Under the pieces are notes generated by a model. The model was not told the origin of the DNA, searched no databases, and saw only the letters and a list, made by a program, of their open reading frames with translations. The position numbers were made by a program, and so were the translations under genes. From NCBI RefSeq assembly GCF_001194135.2, contig NC_068999.1, forward strand, positions 18,497,022 through 18,560,777: a stretch of DNA of 63,756 bases, in the 5' to 3' direction. This DNA is from Octopus bimaculoides (lineage: Eukaryota). Of this stretch, positions 38,775 to 51,397 are shown piece after piece (the stretch's first letter is position 1; each line of letters begins with the position of its first letter).

Positions 38775-41242
38775 GGTTCAATACTCTTAAATACTTAGAA
38801 TGTTCGATGGATTGTTAAAACTCCCACTTCGGTATATGGTATACTCAGTAAAAACCGGAAAAGACACGACTATTTCTGACCGCCAACTACGCACACTCCT
38901 ACTTATAGTGACACATCATACCACTTGTTAAATGAAAGAGGTATACCATTATTTTTGTTATCTCTGAAACATCTCACCTTCTAAGGTTTTTCTGAGGAAA
39001 TGTCGTTTAAGAGTAATAATATTTTCTTCACACCCGCACCCCTTTTAGAGCTTTTTTTATTATTAGTTACACGTTTAAGGTTTTTTCGCGCTTGGCATCT
39101 ATTTTCATGAACGAACTCTGTATGTTTTCTTTTACTCTCACTTGTATGCCTGCGTTCAAGCACTTGCAGTGGCGTTGGTGCATGGAACGTATCACACAAC
39201 CATTACTTCGGTTCGTCCAACTTTGCTTCGATTTCCACTAATATTTTTCAGTTCGTTCCTGTGTCCCCTTTGTATGCCTCTTCTACTTTTTGCAGAATAC
39301 CTCATTTTACCTATGCATTTGGTAATTACCCAATCTTTGTAATTCTGCTTTCCATACTGGTATGCCCTCACAAACACCTGCGCACCAGGTTAAAGAACCT
39401 GGCTATGTCTTCCGTGGCGCATTTTCTTTTCTTGCCAGATAGAAATTTATCAGAGACTGATTTTACTTTCCTTACAACCATCAGCTCCCCCGACGATCTA
39501 CCTGCTTTTCTAAAGCTACCTCATTCGACAAAGTGTTCTGTATGTCCATTAGATCTGGGATTATATGGCGCAGTAGTTTCACATAACATTTTTGATTCGT
39601 TAGACACAGATAATTTTCTATTGTCAGACACTATCACGTCTGGGATGTCAAATCTCGCAAACAATTCGTGTTAATTATTTATCACAGTAGAAGAGGTTGT
39701 CTTTTTTACACTTACAAACCCCTGGTCATTTAGAGAAGCTATCAACTAACACTAAGTAGTAAAAACTATTCGAAGGACCAGACACATCGATGTGTAGTCT
39801 GGACAACGGAACATCTACTTTTGAACAGTATTTACATTTTATCGTCGTCAATTTTTAATTTCCTTTTCGTTTACTAATTTGTTTTGTTTCAACCACTTAG
39901 CCGCAATCGAACTCGCGGCTGAACCGGCTATATTTCTATTCAAAACACTTACGGGCGAATTCCATACTTGGAATAGTTTCATCCACTCTATGCTGAACTT
40001 TTAACTATCTTTGCCTTTTTTCGTTTCACCTCAAAATGTTACACTACATATGAATTCACCGGTAACATCATGTTCTACTTTATTCCTTTTAATTAATTTC
40101 AGGATAGCGACATATTTCCAAGTTTTTTGTTTCTGATGGTGATATCACTTCCAGTGTCTAATTTCATTTTAACACTTGTATTTCTGAATTTTAGAAAGCG
40201 CTTCATCTCTATTCTAACTATTTCACACTTGTTTTACTTGGAAACAATCTTTACGTTCAATTTCCTGTGTGACATATTTTAATTTGACTATCCTTTCACA
40301 TTTTTCTCACACTTGCTATTGGTTTACATCCTAGTTTTCTTCCAGCTTTGCGAGAAGTCTAGTTCTCTGTTCTGCGTCCTTTTCTTCAGTAAGTCCCTGT
40401 GTAAAGATCAGGTATTAATACCTGATCTTGCCAGTATAACTGATGTAGATCTCATCGTTGTTTTTCTCTATGTTTACACACTTACAACATATACTGAACA
40501 ATGAGCTTTTTTAATTAAAGCTTTTACACAATATATCTATTGTGTCATTAAAGTTTATGTCTGAAGGTTTTCTCAGGTATACATGATTGCTGTAACGGTC
40601 ATATTCTGCTACCGCCAGTTTTCTTACGATTAAACGCGTGTTCGTGTCATGGTTCTAATCTCTACATTTGTTATCGAAGTGTTTCTCCTCATCTCTGTAG
40701 TATGCCACGAAGTTAACTCCTCCGTCTGGTTCGTATTTGAACAATTTTATGGAGTGCGTGGTAGTCTGGCGAGAACATTTTTCCAACTTTCCTGACAACT
40801 CCAGTAGTTGCAGCATATGTGGTTGTAAAATTAATTATTGTGGCTATTGTTTCTGTTTTTCTTGCATTTGAATCTTCTATTGCTGTTATCGTTTTCGCAA
40901 CTCGAGCAAACCGGCCAACAAATATTCCATAATTCTTTTATCTGTTTTTTTTTGGGGAGGTTTTTTTCGTAAAATTCACAAAACAATACAACGTTGAACT
41001 TATTAATTCCTCGTGTTTTGTATATATCCTCGTTGCGACTGTTATACTCCTGAAAATGTTGGATTGCTATAATGCAGACTTCGGTATACGGTATACTTAA
41101 TAAAGCCAGTAAAGACAGGATTATTTCTGACTGCCAACCACCTACTCCTTCGTACTGGCTCGTATTCTTCTATTTGTAGTAACATGTCATACCATTTGTC
41201 ATGTGGGAGATGTGTGCCATTATTCCTATCATCCCTATAACA
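38775..41242 (-). mobile_element. LTR-bounded Ty3/Gypsy element (K02A2.6-like) lacking RT and RNase H
   Basis: Direct repeats of about 200 bp (41040-41242 and about 38775-38971, sharing CTTCGGTATA.GGTATACT and TATTTCTGAC.GCCAAC); PBS-like GTCGCAACGAGG after the 5' LTR; PPT AGAAGGTGAGA before the 3' LTR; gag (KTRLIVRKLA.AEY..IFTQGL..KDAEQRTRLLAKLE); protease KMKLDTGSDITI; integrase LSRLHIDVSGP..YYLVLVDSFS..ELFARFDIPDVIVSDN..PYNPRSNG. Confidence 0.85.
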
Positions 41243-42108
41243 AATACGACTTGAAATACGGAGGAAGATTCGCAGTAATTTCATTCTCCGTTTAAAGGAA
41301 TTTGTCACAAACACGGAGAATATCTTTAAAGATTTTATTCAGTTCCCAAATTAAATTGGACATGTGTGGTTTGGTATTTCCTATTATACGATTAAAATTT
41401 GAGGAAATCTTATTATTAAAGTATTGAAATTCGCAAAAAGTACACGCGACAGAAAATAGGACACTTATATGGTAGAGATTTCTGCTTCTGCAAATACAGG
41501 ATCACTCAGAGATGGTGTGTGTTCGAAAATTAGCTGTCAGATACTATGCATATAATATATAGCCCCGTTCTCCGTAGGGAATTCTAAATATATACAGATT
41601 GCCTTCAGTTTCACGTTACAGCCGGTAGCTTAAAAGTACATCAACAATATTGGAGACATTTAAAAATAAAAGTGATCTCTTACTCTCTCTCTGTGTCTCT
41701 CTCTATCTATCTCTTTCTCTCTTACAGACACACACAAACATATACACACATAAAAAAAAACCCTTTCCCAGCTCTCTATCTATTCGTATATACATATATA
41801 CACACAAACGCACTTAAAATCCATGAAAATAGTTATATGCATGCATAAGCAAACATCATTGTCAGCAAAGATATTAGCATTATTTTCAGACAGTATTTAT
41901 AACAAAAAGGGAATAATTGATCCAGAGGTCATAAACCTAATTTATTCAATAAACTACTGAATTTTACCTTTTCTAAAATAGATAGCATTAGGCCTAGAAC
42001 TCATATTCTTGAATCAAAGAAACATAATCAGATAAAAACACATACACGCATACACACTAAGACGCACACACAAATACATATAGGCACACATACATATGCA
42101 CAGATGTG

Positions 42109-42157
<49 letters not shown>

Positions 42158-42159
42158 AG

Positions 42160-42330
42160 ACTTGACAAAAAAATCGACAAAAGACGAAGTCAGGTGGTGT
42201 AGAAAACAAACGGATGTATTAGTCTAACGCTCGGGAATTGAAAAAGTCTTAAACTTTTCGAACCTACGCTCTTCCACACAAAGGAACACAGAAAGAAACA
42301 AGGAGAGAAAAAAATGTGTTTAGTGGTTAG
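42160..42330 (-). mobile_element. Penelope/pLTR-like short repeat with a decayed hammerhead-type hairpin
   Basis: Minus strand at 42256-42279 has A-GAGC-GTAG-GTTC-GAAA, the same stem II design as 31651-31685, but the core is eroded to GTGTGGA. Confidence 0.35.
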
Positions 42331-42526
42331 CGACAGATATATATGTGCGTGTGTGTGTGTGAGTGTGTGTGTGTATGCGTGTGTGCGCGCACGCGTGCAT
42401 GTATATATACATGCAGAGATTTAAAAGTAGCTGTTTTATTCATTCCGAGATAAGTGTCTCTCTGTCACTTCTGTATTTATATACCGATTAGGGTCGAGTA
42501 TGCTGCTCTCTCTAGCCGGCAGTTGT

Positions 42527-42572
42527 CCAGCACCGATGACGGGATATTGCTCAAAACGGACTCGTCTGTTGG
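42527..42572 (+). ncRNA. Type I hammerhead-ribozyme-like fold with two core substitutions
   Basis: CCAGCA (stem I)-CCGATGA-C-GGG-ATATTG-CTC (stem II)-AAAA-CG-GACT-CGT-C (stem III, GUC triplet)-TGTTGG (stem I'). U4>C and G12>A relative to CUGAnGA/GAAA. Confidence 0.45.
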
Positions 42573-42762
42573 TACTGCTATAAGCGAGGAGAGAGCGGTA
42601 CGCTCCTTTGCTCACACAATATTTTGAACAGATTATGCGTGGATAGCCAGCGGGAAAAGACGTTTTCCTGGTACTGACATGGTCCTAAGCGGAATTGCCA
42701 CCTACGTTTGCAACTAAACAAATAAGAGAATAAAATAATACATAAATGTATGTATGTATGTG

Positions 42763-43041
42763 TGTACACTGCATGATTCTTTCAGTTTCCGTCTACCAAA
42801 TCCATTTACAAAGCCTTGTTCAACCCAATGATATATTAGAAGACACCCGCCGAAGGGTCCATGCTATGTTTCAGTATGTATACTGTATGCTTCTCTCAGT
42901 TTCTGTCAACCAAATCCATTTACAAGACCTTGTTCGGTCTAAGGTTATATCAGTAGACCCCTCCATTCGAGTCATGCGATGTTATAGAGTACCGTATCAT
43001 GTGACTACGAAGCAAACTTCTTACATAGCACGACCTGTGCC
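42763..43041 (-). mobile_element. tRNA-derived SINE (family C) with a tandemly duplicated 3' segment
   Basis: CAGTTTCCGTCTACCAAATCCATTTACAA..CTTG occurs twice with a period of about 117 bp; SINE head on the minus strand AGGCACAGGTCGTGCTATGTAAGAAGTTTGCTTC. Confidence 0.6.
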
Positions 43042-43435
43042 TATATATAAGAACAATTTAGCGAATTTATAATTGATTTTTCAAAAAAAAAATGTAGACA
43101 AATATTTCGAAATATCGCATTCTTAGCTTCGGACCCGCGTTGTGTTTAGAACTCACGGAGTACTGGAGCAACAATGTATGTGTGCTCACGTGTTAGATTG
43201 ATTTAAGTGCAAGTTGTTTGGTTTACTTTGTATATAGTTTTCAAAGTAAACGATAAAACGTTAATATCTTAAGAAAAAAAAAGTAATTAAAACTGATGTT
43301 TCTAAATCGGTTGCATTTCGACGGTATCATCGACGAAAATTCGTGCAGATGCACGAACCGCTCGGATATGACTCCATCCATCAAACAGTTAGAGGGAGCT
43401 TCGATACAATGATACGAATATCATTATAATATGTG

Positions 43436-43485
<50 letters not shown>

Positions 43486-43594
43486 CATACGCGTGCGCAC
43501 ACACACAAACACACAAATATACATATACACGCACAAACACACACACGTATGTATGTACACCAATCCAGCGGCGTGGAATCCTAATTAATAATTC

Positions 43595-43647
<53 letters not shown>
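43595..43647. repeat. (AGT)n microsatellite
   Basis: Direct inspection. Confidence 0.95.
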
Positions 43648-43648
<1 letters not shown>

Positions 43649-46600
43649 TGGTGTTGCTGTTGTTAATAGTGTAGTTGTTTTTGCTGTTGCTGTTGGAATG
43701 TTGTTTTTGGTGATGGGGATGATGGTATTAATAGCAACAGTCGTAGTAGTAGCTCTGATGTTAGCACCAGTTTTAACATTTATAGTAGTAAAAGAGTGCT
43801 CATAAACTGTCAAGGCGTATCTTGTGACTTATACTACTCTCCTATTTAGTTTCAGTAATGTTTTCGCCCCATTTCCCTTTATATTGATGCGTTCGGTGTG
43901 CCTGAATTTTGCCTGGTGATTATAAATCTTTTTCTTCAAGACATTCATTGATAGAAATGTTTTTTTTTTCATCGCTGTGACTTGCGATTCATGCACCTCA
44001 AATCATAATGAAGTTAGCACACTTCTATATTTTCACATGGAAATATATGTCAATTGTATTAGAGGACATTATCGCACACAATGGGAAAACTATAAACCGA
44101 AACAATAACTTTTAGTAAACCAATATGTGACCGTTTGCTCTTCTTTATAATACAACCAATATAATCTGAATGTTTGAATAAGAGAATTGAAATAAAAATA
44201 GCCGGGACAGGGCAGGAGTTATAATCTATTGAATTAAAGTGGCTTGCAATGAAGGGAAAATTACAACCGAATACATCTTCATTCTGCTCTTGCGAGTAGC
44301 AATTTAATGCAAATTATCCAAATATTGACGAGTAAATTTCATCTAAGACAGCCAAGCAATGCACTTTTCTCGTTATATGAAAATAAACTTGTGTTTTATA
44401 TATAACACTACTTGTAACACCATAACGTCTCCCTTAGGTTCTTCTCAGTCTTTTGTACTCCGTGTACATTTGGTCTGTCAGTATTTAAATATCTATATGT
44501 ATACTCCAATATCCATTGTCCGAACATTTTCGGTTTTTCTTTTCTCTTTGTATGTATACATGTATATATCTTTTGTATATGAAAACCAAGCAGTTTTATT
44601 TGTTTTTCCCATAACTATCTCGACTTCCCCCTCTCTCTCTCACACACACTCTCTCTTTCTAAGTGTTCCTCTCTATATATTTCTCTCTCATTCACCCACC
44701 TCTCTCACTCTGGATGAATTATCCAGGCAGCTACCGTAATAGCTTTCAGGTGTATTACAAGTACCGACTAACCACATTAAATATTAAGATCAGTAAAACC
44801 GTTTTTGCTTCGCTAGATTATGAAGATATTATCATATCGCAGGGTTGGAAGGAAAAATTAAAAATACATATAAGAACCATCTTTCGAATTTTAGGTACCG
44901 TGATAAAAAACATTCAATACAATTTTCGTCTTTAGTTGGACACTTAAACACGAAGTGGCCAGTTTGGACATCAAATGAAAAATCATCTCCAAAGCCCGGT
45001 TCTACATGAACAGGTCTAAATACATATTCAGGGTATTCTTTAGGAAAATTGTATTTTTGGAAAAATTTGAGAACACCCAACGCATTTATAAATTCGAGGA
45101 ACGAGATTTTCTGCATCTCCCCATTTCAAGAAATATATCTTGTCGGAATTTGAAAGTAGACCACCGTACACATAATAAACAAATAACAACTGGTTTACAT
45201 CTGCTTCATATTGAATGATTGTAAGGTTGGTTATCTCCTTTTGTGTGTTTCACTCCGTCTTCTTCTTGATGAACGCCTCTTGTTTAAATGTAATCTGCTC
45301 AAAAACAACTGATCAACAGTCTTGTTTTCGGCTGCGAAAATGGAGAAATAAATCACTATGTTGAGCAGGAAACCCTGCTCTTGCTTAATAATTTCCCAAT
45401 TATCGTTCCTCTCTGAGACGAGCGAGTTATTTTCTTCTTTTATAAGCATTATGGAATAATATACATATGTATATTANNNNNNNNNNNNNNNNNNNNNNNN
45501 NNNNNNNNNNNNNNNNNNNNNNNNNNNNNNNNNNNNNNNNNNNNNNNNNNNNNNNNNNNNNNNNNTATATATATATATATATATATATATACAGATATGA
45601 ATGTATGTGAGTGTGTATGTACCTACATATATATATATGTCTGATATCCACATGTATGTGTTTATATGCATTCAAGATCTACTTACACATATTTTGTTAG
45701 AGACAAAATATAAGTTATCCTCGAAATGTGACTGGGTAAACGTGCCTCTCTAATAATATTTGATTCCAACAAGCAGTTATCTATTCATTTTTATGATGAT
45801 GTAATTACAAGTAATTATTTATTCGAACACAGGCAACATATACTTGTATTAAAGATTCTATCTCTAAGTCAAAATGTTAGAGTTCATCTTGATATTTAGT
45901 ACAAAAGAAGCATAATGTATCCTTTTGCTATAAATATCTATACATATGCAGGAAATAATTCCGGAGGCAAAAGTATCTATATAACCATTGAAATTCCAAA
46001 TTGTTAGGTATTATTTCATAATATTAATCGTGAATCAAATTTGTCCTTCAACAAATAATCTTTACTCATACATTTAATTCTTTCAACGCTTTTAAATACT
46101 TTTCTTTCATTGTGATTAATTTTCTAGCGAAAATAAGTTAGGTATATTATTGCTTTTAAATTATATATAACGTCATCCCGCCTATAATGACAGGGAGCAA
46201 TAAGACAATTTATACTAAGCAGAAATATGTAAATAAGTGAGTGCAATGCATGAAAAGCTTAAACAATATTCTAACATGTCTTTGTTAGAGCACAGAGATT
46301 ATAGAGCGTGTGCGATAACAAATAGAATGTCAGCAAATACAAAATACATGTTAGGAAGTGTGTATGGAAATTACCACCATCAATGCATAGACAAGCATTT
46401 AAATGGTTTTAAAATTACAAATTCTATGAACAAAGATAAGTTTTAATGCAGCGTTTAATCACGTTATCTTTGAGAATGGGAAACTGTGATGGAACTTCTT
46501 TAAAGTATATCTTGTGATGTTGAATAATAATATGCTTATGCGTAAATTTGATGAAATTAACACTGACACTAAGTAGACGCCTTAGCTATTGAAAAACATC

Positions 46601-46853
46601 CTGCATGTAGGTAGACTTGTGTTTCCTCTTCATAGCAATGAAACAAAAATCGTTCGCTTATAAATATATCGTTATAATTTAATTATAAGTGATTATAAAT
46701 CACGCAAACATTTTATTCCGTGTGATGTCGGACATAACTAAATCTATGTATTTTAAGCAGATTATTGTATTATGTGTATTTATTATCCTTAACAACAAAA
46801 CTGGATGTTCGACCTAAGCCCTACTTAATTTATGCACTAAATTTCTTAACCGA

Positions 46854-46854
<1 letters not shown>

Positions 46855-46920
<66 letters not shown>
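46855..46920. repeat. (ATT)n microsatellite
   Basis: Direct inspection. Confidence 0.95.
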
Positions 46921-46924
<4 letters not shown>

Positions 46925-47064
46925 TGTTATTTTGGTTTGGCACAGGTTCGGTTTATTGCTGGTAGGAATTATGTGGATAGCNNNNNNNNNNNNNNNNNNN
47001 NNNNNNNNNNNNNNNNNNNNNNNNNNNNNNNNNNNNNNNNNNNNNNNNNNNNNNNNNNNNNNNN

Positions 47065-47147
<83 letters not shown>
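47065..47147. repeat. (CA)n microsatellite at a gap edge
   Basis: Direct inspection. Confidence 0.95.
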
Positions 47148-47614
47148 ATTAAATGAATAATAAATTATACATAAGTAAACCACATGTTACCCTACGCCAA
47201 GCAATCCGTACTATATTATGTCCTGATTTTTTATTCAATACCTTTTTTTTTTTTAAATGTCTCGACAATTGATATCATGTTCACCAATATTTGAAAAGAA
47301 AACAGAACAAAATTGAGTTTAACTGTCCGGAAATTGACATTAGTTGAGCAATTATTTATCTTATCTTTGTAACATAGCATATCTTTAGATCTAAATTTAC
47401 ACAGATAATGCTCATACAGTTATTTGGCGATTCAGTAGCTGTGAGACATATTTACAAATTAATCTAAAATATCATTTTAATATGCTAAATAAAAACGTTT
47501 ATTCATTTTATTAGACTAGCACTTTCTTCAACTGATATCGACCGGAACTTCATATTGACAAGTCCAATGTTGACAGAGCGCACCTAAAGCACAGGTCACA
47601 TTGTCATCGAAAGA

Positions 47615-47827
47615 TGTTGGGCTGGCAGAAACGTTAGCACACTAGGTGAAACGCTTCGTGGTATTTCGTCTGTCTTTACGTTTTGAGTTCAACTTGCGTC
47701 GATGTCGATTTTATTGATTTTCCTTTCGGGGTCGATAAATTGAGTAGAAGTTGGGTACCGGGGTCGTTCTAATCGAGTGACCTCTTCCCCACAAATTTCT
47801 GGCCTTGTACCTTGAGTAGAAAGAATA
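47615..47827 (+). mobile_element. SINE family A, near full-length copy
   Basis: GCTGGCAGAAACGTTAGCAC..TTTCGTCTGTCTTTACGTTTTGAGTTCAA..CCTTTCGGGGTCGATAAATT..GGCCTTGTACCTTGAGTAGAAAGAAT. Confidence 0.85.
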
Positions 47828-49041
47828 TTTTGTCTTCGAAATTTTCCAAATCATGGTTACCTTTTCACTGCTAACAGTACTTGTTAATCGAGACAATTTC
47901 CCGGCATTCGTATGCCATGATTGTATTCTACTTTATTCCATATAAAATATATAATACACAGATACATGTACCATCAATATGAAGCTTGTTAAATGGCAAA
48001 ATCTACTTAAAAGCCCATTTGCTCTCTGCATTTTTAGAAGCTGCTTTCCTTTCCATTTATCATTTTCATTTTGTGTATGGAAATATGAGATCGCAATGCC
48101 TGCGATCCCGTCATTTCTTTGCAAAGACACGGGAGTGATCTGGACATATTTATGGCTAAACACGAATTTAAATTTTATATAAATAGGCAAGGAAATTTGC
48201 GTTACAAATTCGTATACTTCGACATTTTCGCAGATTTGTACGCAATTAAAATACCATTTTAGAATCAATACGCTTGCATATACTTTATTTACCGACTTGT
48301 GGATATATTTATACTTCACATAATTTCCAAATAATTGCCGGATATAAATGAGATTTCCAACACGTAACCTTTCTATTGAATTAAAGTTCGGAATATTATT
48401 CCCAAAACTTCAGACTAAAAATATATTTTCCTATTATCAATGAATAGGCTAAGAGAAGAAAAAACAAAAACAAAAATGTCATACTTCACAAATTATAGTT
48501 TTTCACTGATTAATATTGAATGAATACACGAGAATTTTCAGTCAAGCAACCGATCGTCTCTCGATGATTTATTCCCCACCACTATTTAAGCTTAAATATT
48601 TACACGGCTGAAAGGTTGTGAATGCATCATGTAGCAGTGTTTTATGAGATGATGAGTTTATGTAACACCAAGCAAATATTTCTACCTCATTAAAATCTGT
48701 AATTTAGTAATGGATTATAATCAATGGATCCGTTGAAGCGTATTTCAATATGACATGGATAAAACTTTTCTTTCCATACGCTCGTTTCCTTCTGCATTAA
48801 AATGGACACGAATATGTTGTCATTAACATTGAAATACGGTGGTAAATATAACTATATTTTACATTTCTTTATACAGATATGTATTCATCTGTATATTTTA
48901 AAAATCCATCTCCTTTTCATTGTTTTTCTATCTCCCTTCCTCTTTCACTCTCTTTCTTTCCCTCCTTCGTTGCCTCTCTCTCACGTTCTCTTTGGCACAG
49001 TATATATATATAATGCGTGTGTGTATGTGTGTGTATATGTA

Positions 49042-49089
<48 letters not shown>

Positions 49090-49319
49090 ATATGTATGTA
49101 TATATATATAGTATATACGTGTATATATGTAATGTATAAACATATTTATATATNNNNNNNNNNNNNNNNNNNNNNNNNNNNNNNNNNNNNNNNNNNNNNN
49201 NNNNNNNNNNNNNNNNNNNNNNNNNNNNNNNNNNNNNNNNNNNNNNNNNNNNNNNNNNNNNNNNNNNNNNNNNCTTACATATACACGCACATACACACGC
49301 ACCCCCTATATATACACAC

Positions 49320-49910
49320 ACATGGTAGAAGTAAATAGATACCCATGAAACATCGTTTTCTGTTTATTCTAACTTGTAATGGTTTATATTCCTTATTAAT
49401 TAACATTTTTGTGTTTAAAATCTATATGTGACTGTTTAATCACGCTATGTACAAAAGAATCCTTGGAACTGTCTGAATTTCAAAGAGGCCGTATTGCGGA
49501 TTATTCTGAAGGTGAATATAGTCAGCAGAGAACCTTGGGATCCAGCTTTCTACAGTTTATAGCGTGATCATACAATACACAAGAGAGGAGGAGAAGGAGT
49601 CCACATCACCTTGTCCAGGTCAACCAGGGCCCTCTCACAGGACTCTTTTCTTTGCTAAGAGAAGTGAGGGGGATTAATCCTGGTTGCAAGACATCTGACA
49701 TAGCAGAGCAAGTTGATGTCAGTCCCAGGACAACTGTCAGGTATCTCCAAAGACTTGGTTACTAAGGCCGAGCCGGACGAAGGAAGCCACATCTTTGACC
49801 AGCCAACATGAAACGGAAAGAAAAGATTGGGCTAGTGAGATGGTGGAGAGGACATTAGCATTTTGGGACAGATTTGCTCTATTTCCTAACTGGTCGAGTG
49901 TGTGTCTGGA
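49320..49910 (+). pseudogene. Tc1-family transposase N-terminal fragment (paired-like HTH), truncated
   Basis: ELSEFQRGRIA..SEG.YSQ; NPGCKTSDIAEQVDVSPRTTVRYLQRLGY*GRAGRRKPHL*PANMKRK; FWD|RFALF..GRVCVWR. Confidence 0.85.
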
Positions 49911-50004
49911 GATAGATAGATGTGTGTGTGTGTGTGTGAGAGAGAGAGTGAGAGAGAGAGTGAGAGAGTGTGTGTTTATGTGTATGTGTCTGCGTATGTG
50001 TGTC

Positions 50005-50180
50005 TGTGTTTGTCCACCACCATCGTATGACAACCGATGTTAGTGTTTTCATGTCCCCATAACTTAGCGTTTCGGCAAAGTGACCGATAGAATAATTCTT
50101 GGGATTGATTTCTTCGACTAAATGTGATGTTCCAGCATGTTCGTATGGAAATGAATGAAACAAGGAGAGAAATAAAAGAA
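50005..50180 (+). mobile_element. SINE-like repeat 3' part (family D)
   Basis: GACAACCGATGTTAGTGTTTTCATGTCCCCATAACTTAGCGTTTCGGCAAA..GACCGATAGAATAA..CGACTAAA..TCCAGCATG resembles a common octopod repeat (recalled, not searched). Confidence 0.55.
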
Positions 50181-50569
50181 TATATAACCAAATGTCCCAT
50201 TCACCAGCAATCATGAATAATTGTACCACGTGATAGTTGGGTAATAAAGTTATCTTCTGAATTTACCTTGCCTGTTTTTATGCGTGTATGTGTATGTGGA
50301 GATGGTAGAGTTTTTGTTATGATGTAAGATATGCATGCGTCGATAAAATATAACCGACACAATGCTAGGTAAATCTTAAACTCCACTATTGTTCTCTTTC
50401 ATACGATATCTTTGTGTTTGTGTTTGCTAAGCGTGTGAATGTGCGTTTGTATGAGTGAGTATTTGTTTGTATGTGTGTGGTTATCTAGGTATTGCTATGA
50501 ATCGTATAATAAAAACGAATGCAGAAATGCTGAGATAATCGAACCGAATTTTTGCTGCACATACATGTG

Positions 50570-50610
<41 letters not shown>

Positions 50611-51282
50611 NNNNNNNNNNNNNNNNNNNNNNNNNNNNNNNNNNNNNNNNNNNNNNNNNNNNNNNNNNNTATATATATACAATGGTATATTACACAATTT
50701 TCGAACTTCCTTCGGATAATTTACACGGATATTTATTTAAATATATAACGACTAATGAATCACAGTAATTGATATGGTAGTAGCTGAGATTAAAGTTTTA
50801 CAAAGTATTGATCGAGATAATTTCAATACTACGATTAAATAGTTATATAACAGTTTAAATAACCATTGATACTTTACCCATTGTACAGTATTACACTTCG
50901 TAGGCGTCACTAAATTATGTATGACACATTGTTCATAATATGTGTAATTTATAAAATTTGTGTGAAATTTGCTGTTATTTTGTTAACTTGAGAATAACTA
51001 TTAAAAATGAATGTTAATCGAAAATTGGTGTAACATCATTTATCTTTTACTTATTTCAATCATTTTACTGTGGCAATTCTGGGACACCGCCTTGCAGGGT
51101 GTCAGTGGAATAAATTCCCTAAATCTATTTAAAATCTACTACATATTCTTTCGATTCTTTTTGCGAAAACGCTATGTTGCAGGAATGGATACGCACACAC
51201 ATACACACATACACACGCGCATACATACACACGCGCAATATATATATACACACACGCACACAGACACACACACTCACACACA

Positions 51283-51318
<36 letters not shown>

Positions 51319-51320
<2 letters not shown>

Positions 51321-51397
51321 AGGCGGTGAGCTGGCAGAAACGTTAGCACGCCGGGCGAAATGCTTAGCGGTATTTCGTCTGTCTTTACATTCTGAGT
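51319..51397 (+). mobile_element. SINE family A, young-looking copy running into a gap
   Basis: TAAGGCGGTGAGCTGGCAGAAACGTTAGCACGCCGGGCGAAATGCTTAGCGGTATTTCGTCTGTCTTTACATTCTGAGT; follows (CA)n. Confidence 0.9.

Noticed and set aside
44950-45070. Resemblance of KYNFPKEYPEYVFRP..GFGDDFSFDV to beta-1,3-galactosyltransferase
   Set aside because: The diagnostic KTDDD and EDVY motifs are absent, so no family call is made.
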